DNA of 64,000 nucleotides, from contig CM119266.1 in assembly GCA_051294375.1 (NCBI GenBank), forward strand, positions 11,155,212 through 11,219,211, read 5' to 3'. Within the stretch, counting starts at the first letter, position 1, and every line of letters begins with the position of its first letter. The position numbers and the translations under genes were made by a program. Below are positions 53,542-64,000 of the stretch, piece by piece. Below the pieces are notes generated by a model. The model was given only the letters and a program-made list of their open reading frames with translations. It had not been told where the DNA came from and searched no databases. Source of the DNA: Paraspadella gotoi (Eukaryota; Animalia; Chaetognatha).

Positions 53542-56167
53542 GGAAGGGAAGGGCCAGCGTGAAGGAGACTCTCTCTCATTCTCCTCTCGTAAAGGCTTCC
53601 GCGTCAACGTCACTTTTTCTTTTGACAATTTTTTTTTCTTTCTCTTCTTTTATTCTTTTTTCTTCTTTTCCCCTTTCCTCCCCATTTTTCTTTCCTCTTT
53701 TATTCTTTTTTTTTTCTCTCTCTCATTTTTCTCTCCTTTTCCTTTTTCTCCTTCCTTATCTGTCCTCCTTTCCTCCTTTTTCCTCTCATTTCTTCTTAAT
53801 AGACCTTTTCCTCCTTTTCCTCCGTTCCTCTCTCCCTCTTCTTTCCTCCCCATTTCATTCTATCCCTTTCCTTCCCTCCCTTTTTTTTTCGGTTTTAACT
53901 CGTTCGCTCTCGACTTTGACGATTCTCCGTCGTGACCAGCGAATAACGTCACTCGCGGCGACGTGGCGCCATTAACGTCGCCGAATTGACGTAACTTGAC
54001 GGGAGACGGAAAAGCGGATCAGATTTTAGCGGCCATAAAGATAAATCCAACAGATTTTTTTTTTTTACATCCTTTTTCCGTTTGAATCATTTTTGTGAAA
54101 AATAAAACCGATAGAGTGTGATGCAATTTTACTCTTACATATTGCGTTCGCGGTGGGGCAGAACGGCTCGACGTCCGACGGCTAAAGATTCGACATCTTG
54201 GTCTTTTGAAATCTCGATCCTCGCCATTTTTAAAATCATTCAGAAAGTGAGGCAACTCAAACAAATGTTGTTAATTTAATAATTTAAAGAATTAATTGTG
54301 CTCTATTACACCCAAAGAATCTATTTCCTCTTCGCTGTTCGTTTTATCCACACTGACCGTCGCCAACGCGTCATGGGCAGAGGGCGGCGCCCGTTTGGAT
54401 GGCCCGCGGAGCTGCGGCGCCGCAAGAGGCTTTCGGTCCAAGGTGCGCGCACGAGAGAGAGAGAGAGAAGGGGAAAAGCGTGAGCGCGGGCGCACGGGAC
54501 TTGCGGCGCCTGAGGCCCTCATTTTGTCTCGCGGCTAATGTTACTTTTACGACGTTCTTTACTCTGATGAGCTCAAACCAGGAAATTCGGGGGAAGAGGC
54601 GGGATGGACGCCGGCCGGTCGGAAGTACGGGGGGGGGATTGGGGACTTGGGGGGGGGGAAGGAAAATGGGATGAGGTGTGAGAAACGATTTGAGATAGAG
54701 TGGGCGAGGAGGGAAAGGAGAGTAATGGAAACGAGGTCGAAGAGGAGGAGAAAGGAGATAAAATGAAAAGTAAGAAAGGGAAATTAAAAGAGAAAGAGAA
54801 GAGACTACAGTGCACATACTATATAGTTTATATAGACAAAGGTCTAAAAAAGAAAAAAATAACACGAGAGAATCTGACCGGAAGATTAGAAAAAAAATGT
54901 TCTAATATGCTAAACGGAAACCAAATTTGAAAAAAAAACTTTCATAAAACTGTTGAAAAATAAAGGTTGCGATAAATAAAACCCACTCGAAATCTTATTA
55001 TTTTGAAGGAGAAAAAGAAAAGAGAAAAAGAAAAGAAATGAAAAAAGAGAGAGCAAGACCAAGGAGCGGAGTAGCCAAAGGTCGAGGTTCCTTTCGCAGA
55101 TCACATTTAATCAAGTCTCTACTACTTTTTTTTTCTCTTTCCCTCTCACTGCGCGTGACGAAGGTCGGGAGATTAGGGTGTCTCGAGTTTTTTTTATTCT
55201 TTAAGATTACTAGAATATTTCGGTTTTCAACTTAAATGATTGGGCGAGTCAGTGAGTGAGAGATAGCACTCTCTGAATATTTGGGAGATAGACAGAGAGC
55301 GAGATGGCGTATATAGTTTTCCAACGTTTACCTCGAACTTAAGATAAAAAAAAGTTCATGAAAAAAAAATCCCTCCTCCCATTTTGATTTATTTCATGAA
55401 GATTCAATTCACCTTAAGATTTTTTTTTTTAATCCAAGAAAACAAACTTTGGTTTCATTTAAAAATAGATTAATCGAGCCGAAAAAAGTTCACGCCGCGG
55501 TGCTACGAGCGGCTAATGGTCGTCATTTTTGAGGGGTTTCAAATTTATCCACGCGAATCTCGAGTCGGTTGATCCACGATCGCTAGACGGCGCTCAATTT
55601 CGGATTGCCTTTGCCTCCCTAAATAAAGGGGGAAAAAAATCAATACTAAAAAAATACTGGATAAAAAAATAAAATAAATATTCACTCAATAGTTAGTACT
55701 GGATGATTCTTTCCCGACAAATTTTTGACACCAACAAATTACGACGGCTAAAATATCCTCGACTTCATCTTCGAGATTATTCTTCGACATTTTCGATTTT
55801 AAGCCTCAAAAAACTCGTAACTTTTCACTTCTAATTTTCTCCCTCAATCTTTCTCTCTTTCCCCGATCTCACATCTTCTGCTTATCCTCGCGTCGATTAG
55901 GTTCGATCTGAAACTCGAACTTCATCTTGACCGGCTCGCGAGTCGTGAGGGTGACGTTCGCTAGGGTCGAAGCCAGAGTCGTTCCGAGAGCCGGTGAGAC
56001 GGTGATCGCTAAGAAATTAGGAAAATATTTAACGGACAAGTCGTACAGCTTATCAATCTCTTTCGCTACAATTTCACGTCATTTTCATACAATGATATTT
56101 GAACGATTACTTTATTATTTTATTACTTAATTCTTTTAATTTATATTATTGTTTTATTGTTATTTTT

Positions 56168-59100
56168 TTATAATTTTATCCCTCCTTCCCAACTTGTGGT
56201 CTTCCTGTTGAGAGCGTTCAGTACTTCGGCCTCGGCTAACTTCATGCCGAGTTTCCGGATAGCCTCGTTAAACAGCATCCCCATCGCCCTCACGTCGCTG
56301 AGACGCTCTTCGGCGTCCTTCTTCTTCATCTTCAGCGCCTCCTGCCGACAATATTTAGAGAAAAAACAAAAACCAAATGAAATTTAAAAAAAACAATACT
56401 GAACGTAGTTTTGACAACTTGGAAATAAAAAGGAAACAGTCAAATACCATTTAAAAAAGTATCTTCTCACGCCTGTTAATTGGTAGGTACAGAACTTCGG
56501 TCAAGAGCAACTTTTGGGTTAGACGTCCCGTCCCCCTAACTAACAGTGTACACCAATGGGGCGCGAACCCAAGACGTAAAATGGCCACTGACGAGAGTGT
56601 TGCCACTCAAGCGACAAAACTAAAGATCGAAAGCGACTCGCCTTCTGAGCAAATTCTGCTTCGTTCTTGGCCTGTTTCAAATCCTTCAATAGCTTCACGT
56701 TGTTCGCCTGCTCCTTCTTCAGCCTGACCGCCTCCGCCGCCAAAGCCGCCGCTATCGTCGACTCTGTCTTCTCCGCGTTGCCCTTTAATTTCTCCAGCAA
56801 CTCCATCAAGCGGCTCTGCATCGCCGCCGCCTTGGCTTGCTGGTCTTCCATCTGCTCTTGCGCCGTCTCCTTTTCGTGTTCTGCCTTGGTCTTTTCCCCC
56901 AGGACAGCGACCTTCCCCTCGATGACGGTGGCGTTGAGTGCGGCGATCTTCTCGGCCAACAGCGCCCTCAGCTCCGTTTCACGCTTCAGCCCTTCGTCGA
57001 TGCGTTCTTCGTCTTCGGCCTCTTTCGTCTTCTCCTCCGCCAACTTCTGCTCCTGAGCGGCGATCTGAGCCGCCGCCTTTTTCTTCGTTTCCTCGCCCTC
57101 TTGCTCCACCTTTTTCTGAAGCGACTGGAGCCGCTCCTCCACCGTGTTGTCTTCCGTCAGCTTGTTCACTTGTGAGTTGATGTTGGCCATTTCCGCCTCA
57201 GTCGTGGAGGTGTTGTCGTCGCCTTTGTCGGCGTCCTTTTCGGTGGCCATCGCGGCGGGGGCGCGATGAATAGCTCGATGATTTCGAACTGCGCGGAGAA
57301 TGCCAGTTAAAAATAATGGGAATAAATGAAATTCGTATGTTGAATTTACCAGCGGCCGAACTGTTCGGTTTGAGAACAACTTCTTGGATGAGAGATCCTT
57401 TACTGTCTTCAACCTTCACATTTTTCGATCCGATTTTTATTTTAAAGTCGACGGCGTTCGTGTTGTTCGTGTTGTTTCCTTGGATTAATTTATAAATTGA
57501 AATTATTTATTAATCAATCCCTATACTAGCGGTAGCCGACCAAATGCAAATTTTAATGGGAACAGTATTAAAATAATCCATTATTGGTATTAATTATCGT
57601 GTTAAAATATTTTTTCGCAAAAATGTTCCGAACCATTAATTAAAATTATTATATTACTATATAATGTCAAAATTTATTTTTTGATATTTTAAGTTTTTTT
57701 AATTGATTCTGATAGAGCTCGAAAAGTTAAGCAAAAAATGTAATTACAACTATTTAAAATTTTGATGTTTTATAACTGAAAATTAAAAAAAGCCGCTAAA
57801 ATCAATGGATGATGATGATGATGATGATTTTTTAAGATTTTTCTCAATTTTAACCCACTTATCATCAAAATATTGAAAAAAGAATTATACTTTGTGTAGA
57901 CAACTTCTGATAAGCTATCTAAATATGCTTTTAAAAATAAAAAATTCTAAAAAATATTTTTGACATTTTCTATCTATAAATAAATATTAAAAAAATAATT
58001 TCCAAAATTCCGAATGGAATACAGATTCTTCATCGGTCCGCCTCGCCACGAATGCTCTTTTGTCACGGCTAGTCCGGTTATCGCGCGTTTATCAGAGAAA
58101 AAACGAAGTAAAAACAAAAGACAAACGAAAGAAAAAACTGTACAAAAGTCGGCGCCGATCCGCCGACCAATCAGCGCCCGCCCTGGAGCGGGAGCCAGTC
58201 CTCTTCGACATCCGGGCCTACGAAATGCTCACTCGTCCCTAGCAGTCCCCGGAGTCGAACTCCACGAAACATCTCTGCAGTAAAAACGGAAGAAAGTCTG
58301 CGCTCCAGACCAATCTCCCGCTCGAAGGATGACGCCAAGATCCACTCCACGAGCGAAAGCCTCCGAGACCGCCATGGCCCGCGTTGAGCCAGGCGGCGCT
58401 GAAACGTCTGCCTCCAAGAAGAGAGCCTGAGAATAGCCGCGAAGCGCTGCGTCGAGAGAGGTCTAAATGGAGATATTGGGGCGCAGAACAGCAAATCGTG
58501 CGGCGGTGAAACCGAAGAACGAACTGCCAGCCAACTCCGTAAGGCTTCCACTGGGCATCTTGAAAGATCCGGAAGGGCATCCAAGCGAAAGGCCGGGCCC
58601 ATATGCCCCACCCTATCAGTCTTGGAGAGCTTCGAAGGGACAAAACGCACGTGATCCGAAGCCAACGAAAGATGCCCGGCGTCGCAACGAAAGAGACAAG
58701 CTCCGAAGGGCCGCGAGCCGAAGCTAGGGCGATGAGGAAAACTGATTGGCGAAGAAGATCCCTCGGAGATGCTGGAAGAGGCGCCGAGTCGAGAATCTGC
58801 AAAACAGAAGCTGCATTCCACGGGCGGGAAGAGTCGACGGGAAGGAGGGCGCCTCTCGAAAACTCCCTTGAGCAAACGGCGAACAACTGGAAGCTCCCCA
58901 ACAGGCAATCCCTCCATGGGGGGAGCGTAGAAGAAATAGCCGATCGATGAAGATTGATCGTACTGTAAGAAAGGCCACGTTCGCAGAGTTGGCCCAAATA
59001 GTCGAGAACGTCTTCTACAGAGGCTGTAAGTCCTTGTACTCCACGGTCCTGAAGGAAGGAGCGGAAGAGTCCCAAGCGCGAGCGTAACGCTCCCTGGTGG

Positions 59101-62100
59101 AACCTCGCCAGCTGTCAGCAATGATGGAGAAGGTGGAGTCGTCGACATCTGCGAGGCGGTGGAGCCTCCTGAAATCTTCCAGATGACGAGCTTGAAGCGC
59201 TCCGCCTGTGGAGGAGGGAGACCGGTGACGAGGTCTATGACGAGCTTGTCTGGCGTCGGAAGTCGCCTCGCGTCCAGAATCTGAAGATTGAGAAGGCTCG
59301 GGAACCATTTCTGCGCTGGCCAGAAAGGGGTTATCAGGAGGAAGACTCCCTTGGCGTCCTCCAACTTGCGGATCACCATCGCCAGTAACGGAGGCGGAGG
59401 GAAAGGTACGCTAGGTCGAAGGCCCAAACCTGGGCCAATGCATCCACTCCCTCCGCTTTGGGAGACGCTTCCCAAGCGAAAAAACGTGGAACTTGAGTCG
59501 ACGCCGACGTCGCAAATAGATCGATGTTGGGAAGGCCGAAGCGGTCTACAATCTGCTTGAAGACTCTTGGAAGGAGCTTCCAATCCGCTACTTTGCGACC
59601 CCTTGAAGCCGCATCCGTGACGAGGTTCTCCTCCGAGGCGATGTGGACTCCCGTGAGGCGAATCTTGAAGTTGTGGGCCAATAAAAGAGTGTCCCGGACA
59701 ACTTCGTGGAGAACCGGGATCTGCTGGATCCCCGACGAAGGCAGGTGAGGGAAACCAGACTGTCTGTCTTCCAAAGGATCGACGAATCTCTGTGTGAGGA
59801 GCCGAATCGCTGGAGGAAGAGACGAAGCACCATGAACTCCTTCACATTGATATGGAGAAGGGCATCCGCACCCTTCCACTTCCCCCTCAGAAGACGACCT
59901 TGAAAAAGGAGGCCCCACCCCTGGGTCGAGGCATCCGTCGTGACCTGGAGCTTGCAAGCTTCTGGAAGGAGAGTGTCGATAGGCGCGAAGCAGAGATCCT
60001 CTGACAACTCCGCCATCCAGCGAAGTTCCTCCAGTGCCGGATCCCGGAGGTGAACATCTGGTTGAGGTCGACGAGTCCGACTTGGTTCACATCCCGCTGA
60101 ATCCGCGAGGACCGACAGCGGAGAAGTGGGGAAGCCATGGAGGCTGCTGTCGCGTGACCCAGCAGTTGAAGGAGGCGTCGAGCCGATGGCGAAGGGTCCA
60201 TGATGATCGATGATGCCAGAGATTGAATGGTCTCCCTCTTTGACGACGGTAGGGCTACCGTGTGGGAGAGGCTGTCCCATGTGAATCCGAGGAAGTCGAA
60301 GCGTTTGGCAGGGCAAAAATTCGACTTCTGCAGGTGGAGGATGAAACCGGCTTCCTTGAGCAGACGAGCGGCCATCAAAGTTGCACGTTGACAATCCTCT
60401 TCTGTCGCTGCCAGGATCAGAATGTCGTCGATATAAAAAAGACATCTGATGCCTCTCTGACGAAGCCACTGAACCAAGGGCCTCGTCGTCTTGGTGAAGA
60501 TCCACGGGCCCGTTGCGAGGCCAAAGGGGAGGACCCTGTATTGGAAGATCCGTCCCTTCCAAATGAAGCGGCAGTATCTCCGATCCTCCTTGTGAAGCGG
60601 AAGATGCAAGTAAGCGTCGCGAAGGTCGATCGACGACCCCAATCCCCTCGACGAAACATCTTCTTCACATCCTGAGCCCCCTCCATGCGAAAGTAAGGGG
60701 GTCGAGATACTTGGCGTTGAGTTTCTTGAGGTTCAAGATTGGGCGCCAACCTCCATCCTTCTTTGGGACAAGAAAGATCTTTGAATAAAAACCGGGAGAC
60801 TCGTCGACTTCCTCGATGGCGCCCTTTTCCAACGCTGCAGAGATCTCGGCGTCGATCACTGCATCTCGATCTCCGAAAGATGGAGTCTCGTCCGAAGAAC
60901 GGGGAAGGCGAACGGGAATCCTCCTCCTTCCCCCGATGCGAAAGCCCGAAATGTTCTGTAAAAGGGGAGAGTCCTCTCCGACGAGAGAGAATCCGAAATA
61001 GAAATGCGCGGAAGAGGTGAAGACGACCTCCCACTGGAGCCCGGGCGGAGGGCGGGGGAGGGAGGGTCCGAGTCCAAAATCCAGTCCGTGGGCGGATCCT
61101 GTCTAAATGGGCCAAACGGTCGGACGAGGCGGCGACCGAGTCCTGGAGGAGGGCGTCACTTTGAAGTCTTGTCGCCCCTGCCCTCGCCGTTTCCCGATTT
61201 CTTGCGAGGAAAGTCTTCTTGAAACCCTTTCTCGGCTTGTATTGCGACTTAGGCAGAAAGCGAGGGCGACGATCATCCGACTGCTTCTGACGAGAGACGT
61301 TGCGCAAGAGCGACGAATTGAGCGCCGAAGCAATCTGGGAAGACTGATTTCCGAAAAAGGAGTCGACAGTGGGCGGGGCCCGTGAAAACGCTGCTCTCAA
61401 ATCCGTTGAAACGGAGGCAAGAACCGTCTTACGTACATCGCTGATGGCCGAGTTGAAAGCCGCGCTTGAAAGGCAGCAACGTCGCTAAGAGGCGAGGCCA
61501 GACATCAATAGCCTCTGCGATCTGATCCCTCGGCAAGCCCGCAAGAACCGAAGATTGAGAGAACGAAGCTCATCCGCTGCATGAAGCACTGCATGTGCGG
61601 CGGCACCCGCTTCCTGCATAGTGCGCGTGAGGGCCCGGAGAGTGGCGGCGTTGGCCCGGCCGGAGAAAGCTGCGTCGAACTGAGCGGCCAGGCAGGCGTC
61701 CGGCAGAGGCGGGACAAACTCCGACGGTGATGAGGAGTCGACCCAACGACGCAAACGAGCGGGAGCAACGCGATGGCGAGAATCCCAAGCGTCGGAAAGC
61801 ACTCCCGATGAACCGACATGACGTAGGGAGCGCCACTGGTCCAGCACCCAATCGGACGGCAGAGGCGCAGAACGGGCAGAAGGCACAAAATCCTCAAAGC
61901 GCCCGCGACGTCTGAATCAGAAGAATCTTCCTCCTCCTCCGACGAATAGTGAGCATCCGGGTCCGGGGCGGTGTGGGACCGCTGCGACCGGTGGCGCTTT
62001 GTTGCTGGTCCTTCAGAACGCGAGGACGAGGGGACTTGCCAATGGGGACCGGCCTCTGGAGTCGGAACAGCAAGGAGTTGACGAGAAGGCGAAGAGGGGC

Positions 62101-63974
62101 GTAGAATAAACCGGACCGATGAAGGATCGTCACATAAAAAAGAAACGTAAAAAACAGGAATTAGACATCAATTCATTTCTAAAAAAACGCCAAAACCCTC
62201 CCCCCTCCCTCTCCCCAACCCAAGCCCAATCCTCCAAGCCACGAGAAAAAAAGGGTGGTGAACCAAAAAGGGGCGGAAGGCGGGTTCGTGGCCGACGTGA
62301 GAACGAATCGGAATTTTTTTATCATCGGTCCGCCTCGCCACGAATGCTCCCTAACGAGAAGGCGAAGTGTTGGGGAAAAAATCGAAAGAGAAAAATAAAG
62401 GAGAAACAAAAAAGGGAGGCGAGGCGAACGTAACCAAAGGATACGTAACTAAATTTAAAATACTGGAAAAAACCCCAAACTGAAGGAACGACGGACAAAA
62501 TAAACTCACCGTCGTAAATCCTCCAAGTGGTGCCGCGTATCGCGGCGGTGCTCGTCAAACTCCTTCCTCATGCTGTTCAGCGACGACGTAAGAGTCGCTA
62601 GGACCGACTCCAGTCCTCCAGTCTCGGCGCCCGGAAAATTCGACGGGGCTGTTAACTGGGCGCACGAGGCCCAGGCTCCGGAGCGGAGGGGGCGGTGGAG
62701 GTGGTGGTGGCGGCGGGGGAGAGACCACTCGAGTCCCGCTGGACCCCTCTCCCCCTGCAGGGGCCTCTCTTCCCTTTCTTCGGTCATGAGATCTCTCAGA
62801 CCGCGCATTGCGATCGTAATTCTTCTCCAAACGATCGGTCCGATCAGAAGACATAATGAGGAATGGATTTAGATCGGAAAATTCGACGAAATAACGTGAA
62901 AAGTCCAAAAAAACGCGAAAAAATCAGAGTCAAAGAACCGAACTTTGAGCGCGCGAAAAAAGAAGTGAGCATTTCGTAGGCCCGGATGTCGAAGAGGACT
63001 GGCTCCCGCTCCAGGGCGGCGCTGATTGGTCGGCGGATCGGGCCGACTTTTGTACAGTTTTTTCTTTCGTTTGTCTTTTGTTTTACTTCGTTTTTTCTCT
63101 GATAAACGCGCGATATACCGGACTAGCCGTGACAAAAGAGCATTCGTGGCGAGGCGGACCGATGATAGAATTACTAGTGCTTCAAGCCATTTTAGAAAAT
63201 TTTGGTCCATTGAAAGTTTTTCAGAAATGTATTGAAGTTTTATGGGAGGTCCAAATCAAACTTCTGACCCACCCCATTGACAAAGATTGACCTCTGGAGA
63301 AGTCTGAGAGAGTTCAAGTTTGTAACCTTAGCTTTACTTTCCATTAACAACCTGTTGTTCCATTGGTTGCAGTTGCAGAGTTTGATGATGTTGAAGATGA
63401 TGATTTCTCAGAATTCGATCCCGTGCTTTCCATGGATTTTTCACTCTCTTGAAAGATTAGAAATTTTATCAATCATTGTAATAATAATTATAATTCTAAT
63501 TCTAACAATAATTCTATCACTCCTTCAATAATCTTATTTTATACTTTAGTAATTTATATAGAATTAGGGTGAACCCGATGCGGATGAAGATGCCGAGGCC
63601 TCTTCGGATTCTAGAACCAGGTAGACACATTATGAACGTATTTAAATTAAAACTAAATTAAATTAAATTGATAAATAAAATAATTAATTAATTAATTAAT
63701 TAATTAATTAATTTAATTAATTTAATTAATTTAATTAATTTAATTAATTTAATTAATTTAAATTAATTTAAATAATTGAAAACAAATCTACCACCTGATG
63801 AAGAGACGCCAGAGTTGGCAGAATTGGAAGATGGTCCAGCGCTCGATTCAGTTGCTAGAACAATTATGAAAATTGTAAATTAAAATAACTGATTTTAGAA
63901 GTGAATGAGATGAGGTTCGTAACAATATATACCTGATTCGCTACTTGATGCTGAAGCCGATGTTTCTGAAGATT
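56168..63974 (-). CDS. Uncharacterised multi-exon gene (5' end beyond the window): Ser/Thr-rich N-glycosylatable region followed by a long coiled coil
   Basis: Exons on the minus strand: 63933-63974 (42 nt), 63795-63854 (60), 63575-63610 (36), 63352-63447 (96), 57350-57478 (129), all phase 1-1 with AG/GT ends and open in frame; then 56642-57288 (647) and 56168-56341 (174, ending TAA). The spliced frame is continuous with no indel correction: ESSETSASASSSES-ATESSAGPSSNSANSGVSSS-ESEEASASSSAS-ESEKSMESTGSNSEKSSSSTSSNSATATNGTT-GNNTNNTNAVDFKIKIGSK...MATEKDAD...EFAQK-EALKMKKK...WEGGIKL*. Confidence 0.8.
58030..58233. repeat. DIRS 3' inverted terminal repeat
   Basis: tcatcggtccgcctcgccacgaatgctc...ggcctacgaaatgctcact is the reverse complement of 62964-63165 with few differences. 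Confidence 0.95.
58229..59200 (-). CDS. DIRS tyrosine recombinase (frameshifted)
   Basis: SWRGSTRERYARAW, VLDYLGQL..RGLSYSTINLHRSAISS (SAM-like core-binding region), VRRLLKGVFERRPP, LIALASARGPSEL, SKTDR, CPVEALRSWL, APPGSTRAMAVS, ILRAGDWSGAQTFFRFYCRD. Stop at 58229, at the ITR boundary. Confidence 0.9.
59130..61060 (-). CDS. DIRS pol: reverse transcriptase - RNase H - DNA N6-adenine methyltransferase-like domain (frameshifted)
   Basis: RT: PVGGRL, LEKGAIE, GFYSKIFLVPKKDGGWRPILNLKKLN, IDLRDAYLH, LPFGLATGPWIFTK, YIDDILI, FLGF. RNase H: TTDASTQGWG, HINVKE, KTDS, HIASEENLVTDAASR. MT: IDLFAT..DALAQVW..FPPPPLL..LITPFWPAQKWFP. Confidence 0.93.
61100..62854 (-). CDS. DIRS ORF1/gag-like, apparently interrupted by a non-coding AT-rich segment (~62130-62509)
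   Basis: ATG 62854 MSSDRTDRLEK.. with a poly-Pro tract and a short coiled coil (LTSSLNSMRKEFDEHRR). Downstream acidic YSSEEEEDSSDSD, helical region, and C-terminal DSFFG...basic tail immediately upstream of RT, as typical of DIRS ORF1. Confidence 0.65.
62308..62349 (+). other. DIRS internal complementary region (ICR), main part
   Basis: The + strand tcggaatttttttatcatcggtccgcctcgccacgaatgctc reproduces the element's 3' terminus (tcggaatttt) joined to its 5' terminus (tatcatcggtccgcc...), i.e. the circle junction in antisense. Confidence 0.88.
62964..63165. repeat. DIRS 5' inverted terminal repeat (contains a CCAAT box on the element sense strand)
   Basis: agtgagcatttcgtaggcc...gagcattcgtggcgaggcggaccgatga. 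Confidence 0.95.
63640..63780. repeat. AT-only (TAAT/TTAAT)n low-complexity repeat in an intron
   Basis: Direct reading. Confidence 0.9.
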
Positions 63975-64000
63975 CTAATAAAAATTATGTATGGATATCA

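Larger units (their letters stand above)
58004..63170 (-). mobile_element. DIRS1-like tyrosine-recombinase retrotransposon, near full length, inserted in sense orientation in an intron of the coiled-coil gene
   Basis: ~200-bp inverted terminal repeats, a ~26-bp 3' extension (58004-58029), an ICR, and gag, RT, RNase H, methyltransferase-like and YR domains in DIRS order. No TSD. Confidence 0.95.

Noticed and set aside
54564-54590. Hammerhead ribozyme core CTGATGA...GAAA (also at ~1683)
   Set aside because: Stem II does not close with the required pairing and stems I and III were not found; the 1683 instance lies in a CEP70 exon.
58467-61915. Plus-strand ORFs within the DIRS element
   Set aside because: Antisense shadows of GC-rich coding sequence.

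Overview
Eukaryotic, most likely animal, genomic DNA from a gap-filled, poorly polished assembly: many exactly 25-N gaps, indel-rich duplicated segments and abundant (AG)n/(CT)n and (GTC)n microsatellites. The left end holds two compact, short-intron genes on the + strand: a CEP70-like centrosomal coiled-coil gene (~1458-4551) and a BZW/krasavietz W2-domain translation regulator (4823-6526). The middle (~7-55 kb) is a microsatellite-rich region with no recognisable gene. It contains several near-identical duplications, including a ~7.2 kb unit present three times (32984-52787). Copies 1 and 2 of that unit carry a ~600 bp foldback hAT-type MITE with an 8-bp TSD; copy 3 shows the exact empty site. 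The right end holds an unrecognised minus-strand gene made of Ser-rich phase-1 mini-exons plus a long coiled-coil C-terminus with a GC-AG intron. Its large intron contains a near-complete DIRS-type tyrosine-recombinase retrotransposon (~58004-63170: ~200 bp ITRs, gag, RT-RNaseH-MT, YR). The most unusual observation is that the DIRS internal complementary region (ICR) lies near the element's 5' end, appears split in two, and sits in a predicted intron of the gag region rather than at the usual 3' position.
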